The translations under genes and the position numbers were made by a program. From the NCBI GenBank assembly GCA_904063045.1, contig CAJFCJ010000029.1, positions 496,001-560,000 on the forward strand: a stretch of 64,000 nucleotides of DNA, given 5' to 3'. This document shows, in pieces, positions 61,861 to 64,000 of the stretch. The notes beneath the pieces were generated by a model that worked only from the letters and a program-made list of their open reading frames with translations, was not told the DNA's origin and ran no database searches. Origin of the DNA: Dimorphilus gyrociliatus (Eukaryota; Animalia; Annelida). The first letter of the stretch is position 1; the number at the start of each line of letters is the position of its first letter.

Positions 61861-62866
61861 ATTCTACTGTTCAATTTCTCATCCGTTAAAAATCATTAAC
61901 AAAAAGAGCAACAGATCTCACAATATTCGATTATGTCTTAGAATTAGGATAAACTTCTAAAAATTACATTAAGAACATATAAATTTATTATTCGAAATAA
62001 AGACATGGTTCAACAAATTAAGAAAACCAATATTAAGACTACTAAAAGCAATGACAGAGTTTAAAAAATGATTTTAAAAAAACGTTCAGGAATAAGAAAT
62101 TTCTATAAAAAACTGTATTACGCTAGATTGAAAATCCAAGAAGCCATTCTCGACATTTTCAATAGTAACATAAAAAACAACTCCCACTTGTATACAGTAA
62201 TACCGGTAAAAAAAACAACAGCAATAATAACATACTACACTTGGATTTATAAAAAAAAACCGAATAATTTCAATACATTAAAAAGTTTATGGAAGTTAAA
62301 ACTTAAAATTATATAATATATAGGCTAAGTATCTTTTCTATTTCCCTAGATTTAAAAAAATATAAAGACACGGCGAAAAGAAATTAAAGAGCGCCAAGAG
62401 ACAATAAAATTAATATCCGTTTTCAACTCAAAAACTCATAATCAAAAAATAATGTCCGCTTAAAAACGCCATCTATCATATAAAAAACGACTGAAAAATT
62501 GGAAAGATACGCCATCTACAGACATAAGCATCCGTTAAAAATGCCATCATACGCCATCTACAAATTGCTGAATTTGCAAAAAACGCCGTCTACCGTTTGT
62601 AAAAGAAAACTTCAAAGTGCTACCAAATTAAAAAAAAAAAGCCGTTAATAACCTATTCTCAATAATCTAGTCGCTCTAATATTTTTGAATTAGCATTGAA
62701 AAAATATTTCACAAGAATTCTTAATCAATATGAAGTGGAAACCGCTCCATGCGTTTATGAAAATAAGATATTACTACAAAAAGGTTCTAAATTTCGAATC
62801 GCAGGGACAAAAAGTAACGGAAATAGGCTCGAAACGCATAAAAAAACTGATGAAACGATGGATGTT

Positions 62867-63053
62867 ATCGCTTCTCGGCCTTTTGGCTAAGATCAAAGTG
62901 TAGTATCTGTTCTAGTTAGTTTAACCGCTAACTGATAACACACTGTGTTATCTAATATGGTTAACAGTATTTTTGTCTTCAGAGAAAGCATTAAGCTTGC
63001 TTAAGTTTTCTCACGGGTTGACTTGGTATAGCAGTACCTCCAAGTTTGGCCCA
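62867..63053 (+). ncRNA. RNU2: U2 spliceosomal snRNA (divergent copy)
   Basis: ATCGCTTCTCGGCCTTTTGGCTAAGATCAAAGTGTAGTATCTGTTCT 5' end with the branch-point recognition sequence GTAGTA; stems IIa and IIb; Sm site ATTTTTG at 62969-62975; stem III; stem-loop IV (CTTGG...CCAAG). The 3' end is approximate. Confidence 0.95.
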
Positions 63054-64000
63054 TTTTCTTCTACGGAAGAAAATTTCTACTCTAAAACAATAGCACATAT
63101 AAGGGAAAAGAACCTCTTGTCCTTTTGAGGTTAAGTGGGATTTTCAGTACATTTATACAATTTATTTTTATTTATGTTCCAGAAATGGTCCACGCTACCG
63201 GGTAGTATGAAAAAAGCTTCTACGTCGGCATTATCATATTGCAGAAGAATCAAACCACAATTGCTTTCTTTCTTCATAACAAGAATTATAAATCAACGTT
63301 TCTTCAGCGCTTGAAACTCTGGAAGGCCAAGTGTGGACGGCGGAAAAATAATTTATTATTTGTATAATTATCTGGTGGACGTGTGGCATGTGGAGAAAAA
63401 GTGGCAGAAGTACACGTCGGTGATTTACTATTCACTGCCCAATCTCCAGACATCTAACTGGAAAAAGCATTACAACTATTATTAGACGCTTCCAATCAAG
63501 TTAACACTCACACATGCCAATCCTGAACTCCCTCATCATGAAATTTTGGTTGTCATCTACGTCGTAGATGGTCTTGTCCTCTACTTCTAAATCGTAGTTG
63601 TGTTGGCGATGCCTCCAGTGGACATAGTGGTAGATTAGAACTATCTTACGCGATTGGTTCTCGGTATTTTCTGCGGTCAAAGGATCAATAAGCTTTCACA
63701 GGATTTCTCCTGGTTTCACTTGGTACTACATAACAACCAAGCAACGGCGGCGGCGTTTTGAAGGTTTCTATACACGCTCGCTATGTATTATTTCGAAATC
63801 CACATACCCTTTCACATTCGCGTTGTTAACGGTTCCATTGGACATATCTCTTGCGCGTCTATAGTTTTTGAATTTACCCTTTTTATCAAATTATTAGCGG
63901 GAAACAACGCATTGGTAAAACTGGTGCACTTTTGACTACTTGGCGCACTATTTTTTACCGGAGTGATCCCTGCCTCCACTTCCAGTAGATATAAATGTAT

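Noticed and set aside
4099-62316. Many 60-100 aa F/I/L/Y/K-rich ORFs in introns and intergenic DNA (e.g. 4099-4305, 7537-7731, 30202-30384, 38112-38348, 43050-43268, 62068-62316)
   Set aside because: Translations of AT-rich or microsatellite sequence without splice or domain support.
62696-62890. 64-aa ORF overlapping the U2 5' end
   Set aside because: Spurious; it runs through the snRNA promoter region and the U2 sequence.
63700-63770. FKTPPPLLGCYVV fragment faintly like the ECT2 BRCT linker (FKVPPF)
   Set aside because: The frame closes within about 15 codons and the flanks do not match BRCT, so it does not rescue a full-length ECT2 model.
1-64000. CRISPR arrays, prokaryotic operons or defence systems, tRNA/rRNA, intact transposase or RT genes, U12-type introns
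   Set aside because: None seen; the sequence is eukaryotic and all modelled introns are GT-AG with U2-type donors.

Overview
AT-rich animal (invertebrate) genomic DNA with very short GT-AG introns, many of them 50-80 nt. The compact gene structure suggests a miniaturised bilaterian genome, possibly an annelid such as Dimorphilus (inference only). Genes reconstructed by hand from splice sites and reading phase: (1) a 13-exon Atg1/ULK kinase on the minus strand (661-4874, 818 aa); (2) a canonical ankyrin on the minus strand (7843 to at least 39510) with ANK repeats, ZU5-ZU5-UPA and a death domain, followed by 13 consecutive phase-1 symmetric exons, two of them giant (4.9 and 5.1 kb), for about 5,900 aa if all are used, plus several candidate alternative first exons; (3) an intronless class A GPCR on the plus strand (40275-41402); (4) a 4-exon orphan type I membrane protein on the minus strand (45271-46925); (5) an ECT2/pebble-like DH-PH RhoGEF that appears to lack BRCT domains, on the minus strand (53780-57450); (6) a sequence-divergent U2 snRNA on the plus strand (62867-63053). 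Best leads: the modular isoform system of the ankyrin (candidate transmembrane, myristoylation and Cys-rich N-termini; giant exons only after the death domain; an Rbfox-motif cluster), the BRCT-less ECT2, and a GC-rich structured non-coding island at about 58.3-58.75 kb. All gene models are predictions from sequence alone. No prokaryotic-type systems such as CRISPR are present.
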